Assembly: GCA_965198005.1 (NCBI GenBank)
Contig: CBDAOI010000004.1
Span: 1,472,001-1,536,000, forward strand
Length of the DNA stretch: 64,000 nt
Direction of reading: 5' to 3'
From: Spirochaetia bacterium
GTDB taxonomy: Bacteria; Spirochaetota; Spirochaetia; SZUA-6; Bin103
The notes below the pieces were generated by a model. The model did not search any database. It was not told the DNA's origin and saw only the letters and a program-made list of their open reading frames with translations. This document shows positions 21,912-32,132 of the stretch, one piece after another (the stretch's first letter is position 1; every line of letters starts with the position of its first letter). Both the position numbers and the translations under genes were made by a program.

Positions 21912-22747
21912 GCGGTCTCCTGTGTCTTCACTGCGGAGAGTGGTCCTGTATCAATCGACCTCGGGCGAATCATGCGTTCGCTCCCTTCGACTTCGAGGTC
22001 TTGCAGCGCGGCGCGGCGCTTCTTCCGTAATTCAGCGAGTTCCAGATTCATTGCGACCCGTCTGGAAAGTTGCCTCTCCCGGCGAGCTTCGGCGAGCAGT
22101 TTCGCGATCCGCGCGTTGAGGCTCCGGTACGCGTCGATCGCCGCGGCCCTCCGAGCCGCTGCCGCCGCTGAGCCGGGCATCGCGAACTCCCCGGTCACGC
22201 GAGCGGCGTTCAGCGCTTGAACCGCGTCGATCCAGCCTTGGTAGAGCGCATGCAACGTGGCTCGCGGCTGGCTGCGCAGGGCCAGAGCGCACATGAACCT
22301 ATCGGTGAACTCGTGCCCGCCGCTGCCGAACAGAGCACTGATGATACCACCATCGAGCACCGTCCTGCCGGCTTCGGCTTGGGACCATCGCTTGTGGGCC
22401 AGCGACACACCCACGGCCTCTCCCTGCCCGGTAAAGAGCAGCACCGGGTAGGGCACCGCGCGGTGCACCAACTCCGTCAGCCGCTCGGTGCGTACCCTGG
22501 CGCGAAGCGTGAGCGTCAGCACCGCGATCTCCAGGTACTCGCGGACCGCGTCGCGGTACACGGCCACGCCGACCGTCGTCGGTTTCAGCACGGCGAGCCA
22601 CCGGATCTCTTCCACGCCGTCGCGGATGCGCCGCTTGTCGGCCGCGGTGGCGACGCCGTTGTCGATCAGCAGCGTCTTGGGCACGCGACGGTCGACGTGC
22701 GCGCCCGCCGGGAGGGCGAGCGCCGCAACGGGATCGAACGCCGTCAT
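21908..22747 (-). CDS. DUF4391 domain protein
   Basis: RVPKTLL, LKP.T.GV, YLEIAVL, HRAVPYP, SLAHKR; coupled between the helicase and mod. Confidence 0.8.
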   Translation of the reverse strand: MTAFDPVAALALPAGAHVDRRVPKTLLIDNGVATAADKRRIRDGVEEIRWLAVLKPTTVGVAVYRDAVREYLEIAVLTLTLRARVRTERLTELVHRAVPYPVLLFTGQGEAVGVSLAHKRWSQAEAGRTVLDGGIISALFGSGGHEFTDRFMCALALRSQPRATLHALYQGWIDAVQALNAARVTGEFAMPGSAAAAARRAAAIDAYRSLNARIAKLLAEARRERQLSRRVAMNLELAELRKKRRAALQDLEVEGSERMIRPRSIDTGPLSAVKTQETA

Positions 22748-25700
22748 GCCGCTTCCTCCGCGAGCACGATGAGGAACGCCACGACCTCGAAGTCGTCGAT
22801 GCCGGAGAACTCGCCCGCCAGCGCATGAGTTCCGCCGGGGGAGAACAGGCTGGCGACTGCGCGTTCCTCCTGCTTGCCGGCGACCGAGGCGACGGCCGCC
22901 GCCAGGAGCCGCTGGGCATGACGCATGTCACGGTCGCCTCGTGTCACCCGGTCGAAGCGCGCGCAGGCGCCGGCGTCCGGGATCTCGCGGCCCAGACAGA
23001 GACGCCTGAGGCGATCCAGAATCCGCTTCGCCTGGGTGAAGGGGAGGAGCACGGCACCGTCATCGCCGACGTGGACCAGGTAGTGCGGCGCCAGCGGGTA
23101 ACCCGGCTCGAACGAACGCGCGCCGGTTGGACCTTCGGCGCGCAGGCAGAAGATCATGCCGGGCGGCGTCTCGGCGTCGGCAGCCGTGGTCACCGCGTAG
23201 ACGCCGAGCGGCAGGCGATCCAGGGTATCCGACCTGTCCCTCCGGTAGTCCGCCAGATCGATGCGGAAGTCGGTCAGCGTCAGATCGGCAATCGACACTC
23301 CGGACGACAGATCCTCCAGGTCGATGACCGCGTCCTGCAGCTTTAGTAGCTGCCTGCGCCGGTATTCAAGGTCGTTCATCGGATCGCCCGATTGCTGCTC
23401 GATCAGATTTTCCTCGCCGGTGGCGGAAATGTCGAGCAGCACCATGCGCCCACTCACGCGCTGCTCCAGACGCAGATATTCCTCCAACTCCAGGTTGGGC
23501 CAGAAGTTGACGAGCTGAATCCGCTCATTGGGGGCGCCGATCCGGTCGATGCGCCCGAAGCGCTGAATGATCCGTACCGGATTCCAGTGGATGTCGTAGT
23601 TGATGAGCCAGTCGCAATCCTGCAGGTTCTGACCTTCCGAAATGCAGTCGGTCGCGATCAGCAGGTCGATCTCGCCTTCCGCGGCGAGATCTTCGGGCCG
23701 TTCCTTGGTGCGCGGCGCGAACGCGGTGAGGATCGATACCAGGTCCTTGCGCAGCCGCGGCAGGGTCGTCTGGTTCCCACCGGTGCCGGTGACGAGAGCA
23801 GCCTCCAGCTCCAGCTCGGCCCGAGCCCACGGCGCCAATTCCTCGTAGAGATAGCGGGCGGTGTCCGCGAACGCCGTGAAGACGATCACCTTGCGGTTGG
23901 CCGGGTTGATGGGGTGGCGGCGCTTCCGCTCGATCACCGCGCGCAGCTCGGCGAGCTTGGCGTCGCGCGTCGCGGTGACCTGACAGGCCGCCGCGTGCAG
24001 CGTCGCGAGGCGATTGCGATCTTCGATCAGATCCTGTTTCCATCGAATCTGGTCGACGTCCTGAAGGAGGACCTTGACCTTGCGGCCGACCAGGAGACTC
24101 TCGAATGCCGGGTCTTCGATGTCCACCTCCGCGATGTCGATCTCTTCCACCTCGTCAGCCTGATCCTCCAGGCGCGCGAGCGTGCCCTCCACGTCGGCGA
24201 GCTGGCGCCGCACCGTAAGCGCAAAGGAGGTCACCGAGCTCTCCATGCGCTTCAGCGCGTTGACGCGAAGAAGCTGCACCAGGCTCTCCTCGCGATCCAC
24301 CTGCCGGAAGAATCCCTCGCCCCGTTCGAGCTTGGTGCTGTACTTCGCGTCGTACGCCTCCCGCTTGTGCGGCAGCACGTAGCGCAGCGGCGCATAGGCA
24401 GCCAGGTTGAGACGCCGGATCTCCGAGTTGATCTCGCGAATGGAAGGGAACGCTCCCGCAAGGTCTACGTCCGGCTTGAGGTTGATCGGCTTCAGCCGCT
24501 CGGGAAATCGTCCGGTCTGCGCCGTTCCGTAGTACTTCTCGAGGTGCCGCCGTGAGCGTGCGATGGTGAGCCGATCGAGCAGCGTGAAGTAGTCGAATCC
24601 CAGCATCTCGATGAGCCGCGAAGGGGTGCGCTCGTCGTCGTCGAGATCGAGCCATCGGTTGAACTGCTTCTGCGCGAGGCGTGTGGTGGCGTCGATACTA
24701 CCGATGCCGTGGTCGGCGAGTGCCGCATCGTCCCCTTCCGTAGCGAATGCGATCTGGTTGCGCAGGTCGGCCAAGCGGTTGTTGACCGGGGTGGCGGACA
24801 GCATGAGCACCCGAGTCTTCACGCCGTCCCGGATGATCCGGCGCATCAGGCGGTCGTAGCGCGTCTCGCCTCCTTGGCGAGGGGTGCGCTTGTTGCGGAA
24901 ATTGTGGGATTCGTCGATCACGACGAGGTCGTAGTTTCCCCAGTTCACGTAGGCCAGGTCGATGTCGCCGGAAAGCCCGCCGTCGCGCGACAGGTCGGTG
25001 TGGTTGAGGATGTCGTAGTTGAAGCGGTCGCCGGCAAGTAAGTTGCGGCGATCGTTGGAGCGATAGAGTGACCAGTTGTCGCGCAGGCGCTTCGGGCACA
25101 GGACGAGGACGCGGTCGTTCCGAAGTTCATGGTACTTGATGACGGCGAGTGCCTCGAAGGTTTTCCCGAGCCCGACGCTGTCGGCGATGATGCACCCGCC
25201 GAACCGGTTGAGCTTGTCGATGGCTCCCACGACACCATCGCGCTGAAACTTGAAGAGCTTCTGCCATACCGCCGTGTTGCGGATCCCCGTGGCCGACTTG
25301 ACGACCTGCTCCTCGTCCAATTCGTCGCCCTGGGTACGGAACAGGTGGTGCAGGATCAACGCATAGATACTGAGCGGATCGCGGTCGGCTGCAAGCGACC
25401 GCAGCAGGTCGACGACACCGGTCTTTGCGCTGCCATCCGGTGGCAGAGCAGCCCACTGCGCATCGAACCACTCGCATAACCGCTCGCTTTCCTCGGCGGT
25501 CTCCGATGCCTGGATCAGGTTGAGTGGGTTCCCCGGAGCCAGGCCGAGCCCGTCGGTGCTGAACGAGAACGAACCGAGCACGGCTTGCTGCGGGCTCCCA
25601 TCACCGTTGCGCAGCACGACGGCTCCTTGCGGGATGGGTCGGTCGGCTCTGCGGACCTCGACTGTCTCCTCCATCCAGTCTGCGCAGCGCTTGGCCAGCC

Positions 25701-25953
25701 AGCGGCCTTGCAGGCGGTTGCGCGCGGCCCGGTCCCCGTCGGCACCAAACAGTCCGAGATCCGTGTCTTCGGGCGGCAGCACAAGGCGCGCCTCTGCCAT
25801 GCGCGACAGCTTCTCCGCAAGTTCCCCGAATGCATGCAGTGACAGTGAGCCAGAGGCCAAATCCAGCCGATTGCCGGGCCGAAGCCACGGTTGAATGAGG
25901 TCAACTACGCGTTCCGTGCCTGTATTGGAAACAATCGTCATCGTGATGCCCAA
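22744..25953 (-). CDS. SNF2-family helicase with degenerate PLD-like N-terminus
   Basis: ADSVGLGKT, DESH, LSATP, ISEGQNLQ, WNP..IIQRFGRIDR. Confidence 0.9.
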   Translation of the reverse strand: MGITMTIVSNTGTERVVDLIQPWLRPGNRLDLASGSLSLHAFGELAEKLSRMAEARLVLPPEDTDLGLFGADGDRAARNRLQGRWLAKRCADWMEETVEVRRADRPIPQGAVVLRNGDGSPQQAVLGSFSFSTDGLGLAPGNPLNLIQASETAEESERLCEWFDAQWAALPPDGSAKTGVVDLLRSLAADRDPLSIYALILHHLFRTQGDELDEEQVVKSATGIRNTAVWQKLFKFQRDGVVGAIDKLNRFGGCIIADSVGLGKTFEALAVIKYHELRNDRVLVLCPKRLRDNWSLYRSNDRRNLLAGDRFNYDILNHTDLSRDGGLSGDIDLAYVNWGNYDLVVIDESHNFRNKRTPRQGGETRYDRLMRRIIRDGVKTRVLMLSATPVNNRLADLRNQIAFATEGDDAALADHGIGSIDATTRLAQKQFNRWLDLDDDERTPSRLIEMLGFDYFTLLDRLTIARSRRHLEKYYGTAQTGRFPERLKPINLKPDVDLAGAFPSIREINSEIRRLNLAAYAPLRYVLPHKREAYDAKYSTKLERGEGFFRQVDREESLVQLLRVNALKRMESSVTSFALTVRRQLADVEGTLARLEDQADEVEEIDIAEVDIEDPAFESLLVGRKVKVLLQDVDQIRWKQDLIEDRNRLATLHAAACQVTATRDAKLAELRAVIERKRRHPINPANRKVIVFTAFADTARYLYEELAPWARAELELEAALVTGTGGNQTTLPRLRKDLVSILTAFAPRTKERPEDLAAEGEIDLLIATDCISEGQNLQDCDWLINYDIHWNPVRIIQRFGRIDRIGAPNERIQLVNFWPNLELEEYLRLEQRVSGRMVLLDISATGEENLIEQQSGDPMNDLEYRRRQLLKLQDAVIDLEDLSSGVSIADLTLTDFRIDLADYRRDRSDTLDRLPLGVYAVTTAADAETPPGMIFCLRAEGPTGARSFEPGYPLAPHYLVHVGDDGAVLLPFTQAKRILDRLRRLCLGREIPDAGACARFDRVTRGDRDMRHAQRLLAAAVASVAGKQEERAVASLFSPGGTHALAGEFSGIDDFEVVAFLIVLAEEAA

Positions 25954-26189
25954 TTTGAATGCCCCGGCTCAGCTCAACCAACCACAGCAGCTGACGCAAG
26001 GTACCATTCGCCCGCGAGAGCAGCGAAGGAGGTAGCCAAGGAGCTGGTCGGTGCTGGCCCAAAAGGGCAAAGGACACGGCTGAGTGTAGCCGGATGCGGC
26101 CGGCAATGGGGAGAGGTGAAAGCCCCGTTTGCGGCATACGCCGCAGGCGACACGGCTACGACTCGAGGAATCACGTGCGGACTCCTGAC

Positions 26190-26652
26190 CGCCGCCGGCA
26201 GCTTGATCTCGGCCTGCCGGACCGCGGCGGCAAGCTCTGCCAAGAACACCGACCGGTCCCGGAGCAGGGTGTCCGGCATCGTTTGCAGCATGGCCACGAT
26301 GGCACTCTGCTGAGCCCGGCCCGCGGCTCCTCCCGCGAACGGATCTGCCGGTCTCGCTTCTTCGGCTTGGCCAGGTTTTGGAAGCCCCTCTGCTGGTCGA
26401 GGCGCGCGATGCGCTCCGCGCGCGCAGCGGCCGTTCGACGGTGATCTTGCGGTAGCCGAACTGCGTCGTGGCGGAGATGCGGCTCACGACCACATCCTCC
26501 TCGGTGCCATCCTCGACTACGGGTCGGGTCGCACCATCCTCGAAGCCGGCGAGCAGTTGCAGGACGTCGGCGGCCTTGTCGGGCGGGATCAGGCGCCGCT
26601 TGTCGCCGAGGCTGCGGCGCATCGGTGACCAGAACGAGGTGGCGTCGATCAG
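26190..26652 (-). pseudogene. Type I RM HsdM C-terminal remnant
   Basis: LIDAT...MRRSLGDKR...FGYRKITVERPLR in fragmented frames. Confidence 0.65.
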
Positions 26653-26932
26653 TGATCGGGACGGTGCGAGCGCGCTGATGGACGACTGGGCCGAGTATCT
26701 GATGACCGGAGAGCGCCGGTCAGTGGGAGCCACCCACCATGCCGCTGCCACGGTGTCGAGCCGGTAGAGTATAGACGTGTCCGATCACGTCGTCCATAAT
26801 GGCCGGGTGTCCGCAAGAGGTCGCGCAGGAGAGGGTAGCCACCCCGGCGGGAGCCCCGTGGTCAAGCCATGCGGTTCCTCCACCGGGGACTGGCGATCTC
26901 GCTGCTCTGGCGGCTAAACGCAGGGGGACGGG

Positions 26933-27958
26933 ATGGCGACGATTCGGTTCTTTCACGAGATCGACGGTGATGTCCACGAGCTTCCGGAGGGAGGTCCCTT
27001 CCCCTACGAGCGCGGACTGCAAAGCTTCTTCGAGAAGTACCTGCGCACCCTGACCGGCGTCGAATTCCTCGCTTCCGAGTATTCGACCGGCCAACGTCAC
27101 AGCCGGCGCATCGATACGCTGGGAATCGACGCCGCTGGACGGCCCGTGGTTGTCGAGTACAAGCGGCGCCAGGATGAGAACGTCATCAATCAGGGCCTGG
27201 ACTACCTCGCTTGGTTGGAAGACCATCAAGGGGAATTCCGCGAGCTTGTGCGGAAGAAGCTCGGTGACGGGCGCGTCCCGGACATCGACTGGACGACGCC
27301 GCGCCTACTGTGCGTCGCCAGCGAGTTCCCGAGTCAAGACCGGAGTGCTGCGGAAAGCAGCCGCCGACGTATCGCATTGCTCCGCTATCGCCGTTACGGC
27401 GATGCCTTTGTGGCGCTGGAGTGGGTGTATGGCGGCGGGGCAGGCGAGCCAGAACCGCCACCGCGGCGGACCGCGCCTTCTCGCGGCACCGGACCTTCCG
27501 ACTATTCCGCCTACGAGCCCTGGGACAAGACCAGCGAGGGAACCCGGATTCTGTTCCGTGAACTCACAACGTTGGTGGAGTCGTTGGGTAGCGTGCGAAC
27601 GGACGCTTTCAAGACAGTGATGACATTCAAGTGCACGGCCGCACCCGGCAACGGCGAGCCGGTTGTTGCGTACGTCCATTTGCGCGTTCGGAACGGCATC
27701 CGCGTACACGTCCACGAGAAGCACCTGCGCGACATCCCGCTTGAGGACGGTTTCACTCGCCCCTGCGATCGCGGGTACCGAGAGATCACGATCCGCGACG
27801 GGGGACACATCCGCAAGGCGGAGCCGCTGTTGCGTGCGGCCTACGACAGTCTCAGCGGATCACGGGAGCACGCCGAGTCGCGAGGTCGGCCGCCGCGCGG
27901 AAGGCGTGGGACGTCCGCCGGTCCAGGCAAGTCACCGGAGCAGGCCGAGCCTCGCTGA
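26933..27958 (+). CDS. NucS/DUF91-like PD-(D/E)XK endonuclease with DUF5655-like C-terminal domain
   Basis: E..LQ, RIDTLGID...VVVEYKR...VINQGL.YL.WL. Confidence 0.8.
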   Translation: MATIRFFHEIDGDVHELPEGGPFPYERGLQSFFEKYLRTLTGVEFLASEYSTGQRHSRRIDTLGIDAAGRPVVVEYKRRQDENVINQGLDYLAWLEDHQGEFRELVRKKLGDGRVPDIDWTTPRLLCVASEFPSQDRSAAESSRRRIALLRYRRYGDAFVALEWVYGGGAGEPEPPPRRTAPSRGTGPSDYSAYEPWDKTSEGTRILFRELTTLVESLGSVRTDAFKTVMTFKCTAAPGNGEPVVAYVHLRVRNGIRVHVHEKHLRDIPLEDGFTRPCDRGYREITIRDGGHIRKAEPLLRAAYDSLSGSREHAESRGRPPRGRRGTSAGPGKSPEQAEPR

Positions 27959-28164
27959 AATGACCGGCACGGCAGACAGCCCTCGTCCTGCGGCCACGTC
28001 AGGACTGCGGGCACGTGCTACGCTCGCGCTCCCGTTCTTGGCGGCGTACACTGAACTTAACTCGCTAAGATAGGCACGAAATCACTGGATCGACGGACTC
28101 CACAGGCCATAGGGGCCTGCCCGATCCGGTGCGAGTCCTCCGGAGCCGATGTGAGAACTGCCGA

Positions 28165-28752
28165 ATGGCCCTGAAGAAGTCACAACTCTACTCCTCGCTC
28201 TGGCAAAGCTGCGACGAATTGCGCGGCGGCATGGACGCGTCGCAGTACAAGGACTACGTCCTGACGCTGCTGTTCATGAAGTACGTCTCCGACAAATACG
28301 CCGGCAGCTCCGATGCGCTGATCGAAGTCCCGGCCGGCGGCGGCTTCGCCGACATGGTGCAGCTCAGGGGTGACAAGGAGATCGGCGACCGGATCAACAA
28401 GATCATCGGCCGGCTCGCCGAGGCCAACGACCTCAAGGGGGTCATCGACCAAGCCGACTTCAACGACGAGAGCAAGCTCGGCGCCGGCAAGGAGATGCAG
28501 GACCGGCTCGCCAGGCGGCCGCCGGCGCCCGCCGCGGCGTCTTCATGATCGACGCGAGCCGGGGCTTCCTCAAGGACGGCAACAAGAACCGCCTGCGCGC
28601 CCAGGACATCCATCGGATCGTCGACGTGTTCAACCGGCAGATCGAGCTGCCGCGCTACTCCCGCATGGTGCCGGTGGCGGAGATCGCCGGCCCCGCCAAC
28701 GAGCACAACCTGAACATTCCGCGCTACGTCGATTCCAGCGAGTCCGAGGACC
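28165..28752 (+). pseudogene. hsdM: Type I RM HsdM with large internal deletion
   Basis: MALKKSQLYSSLWQSCDELRGGMDASQYKDY joined to C-terminal IDASRGFLKDGNKNRLR; no FGG/NPPF core. Confidence 0.8.
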
Positions 28753-28793
28753 TGCTGGCGCGCTTCGCCGACTTGGCGCTGCTCGACCGGTGG

Positions 28794-29130
28794 GGGAGTC
28801 AAAGGCTGCTCTCCCACCAACCTGCGCAAGTTCCGCCACTTCTACTGGGCCTATCCCGAGATTCAACAGACACTGTCCGTTGAATCTCCTGAGCACACCG
28901 AGATTCGACAGACACCGCCTGTCGAATCACTCCTTACGCCTGCGGACGACGGCGCCATCGGCCCAACGTACATAGGAGACCGATTTACCCTCGGCTGGTC
29001 CCACTACGTCACCCTCCTGACCATCGAAAACGCCGAAGCACGGCGCTTCTACGAGATCGAGGCGACGGACAGCGGCTGGAGCGTGCGCGAGTTGGAGCGG
29101 CAGATCGCCAGCTCTCTGTACGAGCGGCTT
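28794..29130 (+). pseudogene. DUF1016 (YhcG-like) N-terminal fragment
   Basis: GCSPTNLRKFRHFY...LGWSHYVTLL...RRFYE...WSVRELERQIASSLYERL; no start, no nuclease domain. Confidence 0.75.
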
Positions 29131-29425
29131 GTCGTCCTTGAGCAGCGGCGTCCCGGTGAATGCAGACGCCCATCGGAGGCAGCTATTGCACTTGCACGGG
29201 CAGCCGCAGGTGTCGTACAGGAGTGTGCGGAGCTGCTCAAGAGACAGGATGGCCGGGCCGGCGCGCCGAGTAAACAGGTCGATACGAGATCGTTCCAGCT
29301 TCGCTACCAGACGGCGCCTTGGCTGTTTCCTCCCGGAGCAACTGCAGATCCTTGACCATCATCGGAAACCGCACGGCCAGTCGCTCGTAGCGTGCGTTCG
29401 TCCGCGGGCCGTGCCGCGGGCCGTC

Positions 29426-29756
29426 AGGCCAGACCCGTCAGCACGAGTCGTCGCCGTCCGGCTGGTGGCAGGTTGAGGTACTTGCGGAGGGCTCTGCCAC
29501 CTCCCGCGGAGAGCGATTCGCCAGGAACCTGTCCAGCGTCGCGAGGCTGTTGTCGGCAAGGGTGACCGCACGTTCGGCGTCGACTGCGGTAGGATCGCCC
29601 AGCGGCAGGAGACCCGATTCCGCGGGGTAGCGGCCGCGGTAGATCGCATCGAGGAAGTCGATATCGTCCGGCGTCAGCGAGAGCGGCGCGCCATGGTCGG
29701 CAGCCAGCGCAGTGAGCCTGTGTACGTTGTGGACATGGTCTTGATTGACTTCTCGA
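29426..29756. repeat. 331-bp direct repeat, copy 1 (HEPN 3' half)
   Basis: Near-identical to 31802-32132 (3 mismatches seen). Confidence 0.9.
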
Positions 29757-30029
29757 TTAGTCCGCGAACAGGTCGGCATGCGACCCGGTTCGGACCAAGC
29801 GCAACTCACTGTCCTCGACGCGATAGATCAACAGCCAGTCAAGCTCGATGTGAGCCTCCCGATACCCCTTCCAGATCCCACGGAGTGGATGGTCGAGATG
29901 GCGGGCAGTCAACGGCTGCTGCCGAATCAGCCATGACAGAAGCGCTCGAAGCTTGGTCAGGTCCCGACCTCGCTTGGCAGCCCGCCTCACGTCTCGCTTG
30001 AATTGGGACGACCGAACGGGGATCAGCAT
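29757..30029 (-). CDS. yafQ: YafQ family toxin
   Basis: QFKRD, DHPLRG.W.GYREAHI..DWLLIY, RTGSHADLF. Confidence 0.92.
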   Translation of the reverse strand: MLIPVRSSQFKRDVRRAAKRGRDLTKLRALLSWLIRQQPLTARHLDHPLRGIWKGYREAHIELDWLLIYRVEDSELRLVRTGSHADLFAD

Positions 30030-30034
30030 GTCTG

Positions 30035-30292
30035 TCAGATCTCAAGATCCGTGAACAATTCCTCCGCGGTTGCGAACCGCTGGCCCTTTCCCTCGTCCAA
30101 CTCCATCATGGCTTGTTTTGTAGTGGCATTCGGAGCCTGCACGTTGAACGGAAGCCGCTTCTCCTCCGCCACGCGCAGCAACAGCAGCCGAATCGCATCC
30201 GACACAGACAGTCCCATGGCTTGTAACGCTTCCGTGGCTCGAGCTTTGGTGTCGCTGTCGATCCGCGCTCGCACAAAGGTGTCGGCACTCAT
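30035..30292 (-). CDS. dinJ: RelB/DinJ family antitoxin
   Basis: VRARID...GLSVSDAIRL...LPF...PN. Confidence 0.92.
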   Translation of the reverse strand: MSADTFVRARIDSDTKARATEALQAMGLSVSDAIRLLLLRVAEEKRLPFNVQAPNATTKQAMMELDEGKGQRFATAEELFTDLEI

Positions 30293-30694
30293 CTGGCTGA
30301 CCTCCTCGGTCTCCTTGACGTGGCTCTATTGTAGTCACAGTAGCGCCCCGGTCAACCAGCGGACGACGGACCGGCGGCCGAATGCGCTAGGTGCATGAAG
30401 TAGAACAATCGGACGTCTACTCTACGTGGGGTTATTGCGGACCAGTGGCCGAGTTCCCACACCGCGCCGACGACGAACGGCGTATGACCGCATCAGGTTA
30501 CACGGTAGGACGCGCCGTGTGGTGCACCACGGCCGACCGCCGGCGCTGATCGTCGCGCGCTGGTTCGCCGTAGAGCAGGCCGCCATTGAGAAGCTCCAGG
30601 GCGCCCAGGAGACCGCCGCCGACTCAAGACCATCCGGGGCGAACCGGACAACGATGAGGAACGGGCCATCCTCATGCGCTGTCGGGTTGTGCCG

Positions 30695-31050
30695 GCGCGC
30701 CCACCGGGAGACACAGCGCTCGACGGCGCGGGCGGTGGAACGGTATCTGGTGACGCGCAATTGGCTGTTCGGCCGGTACATCGTCGAGTATGAGCAGAGC
30801 GGTGCCGACCGAGCCGAATACGGGGCAGCGCTGATCAAGAGACTGGCAGACAAGCTGACCATCAGAGGCTGCTCCAGCCGCAGCCTCGCACTGTCCTGCA
30901 AGTTCTACCGGTGCTACTCGGAGATTTTGCAGACACCGTCTGCGCAATTGGAGACCCTGGAGGACGTGGCCTGGAATGGCGCGCGCTTCGTCGCCGTGGG
31001 GTTTCACGGCGCCATCGTACACAGCAGCGACGGCGACCGGTGGAGGCTGG
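30695..31050 (+). pseudogene. Second DUF1016 N-terminal fragment fused to a beta-propeller-like repeat remnant
   Basis: RNWLFGRYIVEYEQSGADRAEYG followed by LEDVAWNGARFVAVG. Confidence 0.6.
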
Positions 31051-31229
31051 CGCGCGACCACCGGCATCTGGGGTGCGTGACCGGCGCCGGGCGGGTTGAC
31101 AGAACGGGGCAATATCGGACGCTGGCGCTGCCTCGGGCGGTACGGATGCGGATCAGAAGTGGCCTGGCAGTCTCGCCTCGCTCGACAGGTAGTTGGCCTT
31201 CATAGCAAACTTGCCATAAACTGCTGTCC

Positions 31230-31370
31230 GTGACTTGGCGCGTTGAGACCCTGAACGACACCGTGGATGGGGAACTCGACGCGCTGCCCGCCGACATGCG
31301 AGCGCGGTTTGCGCGGACGCCACGGCGAGAGATTGAGGTGGCGCTGCGACGCGCCGGGGAGGTATCGTAA
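31230..31370 (+). pseudogene. RelE/HigB (Gp49-like) toxin with in-frame internal deletion
   Basis: MTWRVETL...ELDALPADMRARFAR joined directly to TPRREIEVALRR; only 46 aa. Confidence 0.7.
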
Positions 31371-31651
31371 TGAGCACGCTTGCCGGACTGCACGAGCGGT
31401 GGAGCCGAGATGCGGAGTATCGCGAGGCGTATGAGCAACTGGGGCCGGAATACGAGGTGCCCCGGGTGCTGATCGAGGCGCGCACGCGCGCGGGCTTGAC
31501 CCAGGCGGAGTTGGCCACGCGGATGAAAACGACGCAGTCGGCGGTCGCGCGGTTGGAGAGCGGTCGCATACAACCGTCGACGCGGACGCTGGAGAAGGTC
31601 GCGCGAGCAACGGGGACTCGGCTGCGGATCCAGTTCGACAACATCCAGTAA
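31370..31651 (+). CDS. HigA-like XRE HTH antitoxin
   Basis: AGLTQAELA..M.TTQSAVARLESG...PSTRTL. Confidence 0.88.
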   Translation: MSTLAGLHERWSRDAEYREAYEQLGPEYEVPRVLIEARTRAGLTQAELATRMKTTQSAVARLESGRIQPSTRTLEKVARATGTRLRIQFDNIQ

Positions 31652-31801
31652 CTGGTCCCAGAGCGACAGGGCAGTTATCGGAAGTCTTCCCCGACGGCGA
31701 AGCGTGCGCCGGGCTGGGGGCCGGGCCGAGCAGCGCCTTGGCGTTCCCGGAGTGCGAGGCGTAGCTCGGGAAGTCTTGCGCGTCGGTCCGCCCGTGCAAG
31801 T

Positions 31802-32132
31802 AGGCCAGACCCGTCAGCACGAGTCGTCGCCGTCCGGCTGGTGGCAGGTTGAGGTACTTGCGGAGGGCTCTGCCACCTCCCGCGGAGAGCGATTCGCCAG
31901 GAACCTGTCCAGCGTCGCGAGGCTGTTGTCGGCAAGGGTGACCGCACGTTCGGCGTCGGCTGCGGTAGGATCGCCCAGCGGCAGGAGACCCGATTCCGCG
32001 GGGTAGCGGCCGCGGTAGATCGCATCGAGGAAGTCGATATCGTCCGGCGTCAGCGAGAGCGGCGCGCCATGGTCGGCAGCCAGCGCAGTGAGCCGGTGTA
32101 CGTTGTGAACATGGTCTTGATTGACTTCTCGA
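31802..32132. repeat. 331-bp direct repeat, copy 2
   Basis: Near-identical to 29426-29756. Confidence 0.9.

Noticed and set aside
22744-25953. DISARM or BREX assignment
   Set aside because: No drmA/drmB or pglZ/brxC partners; the neighbours are type III mod and res
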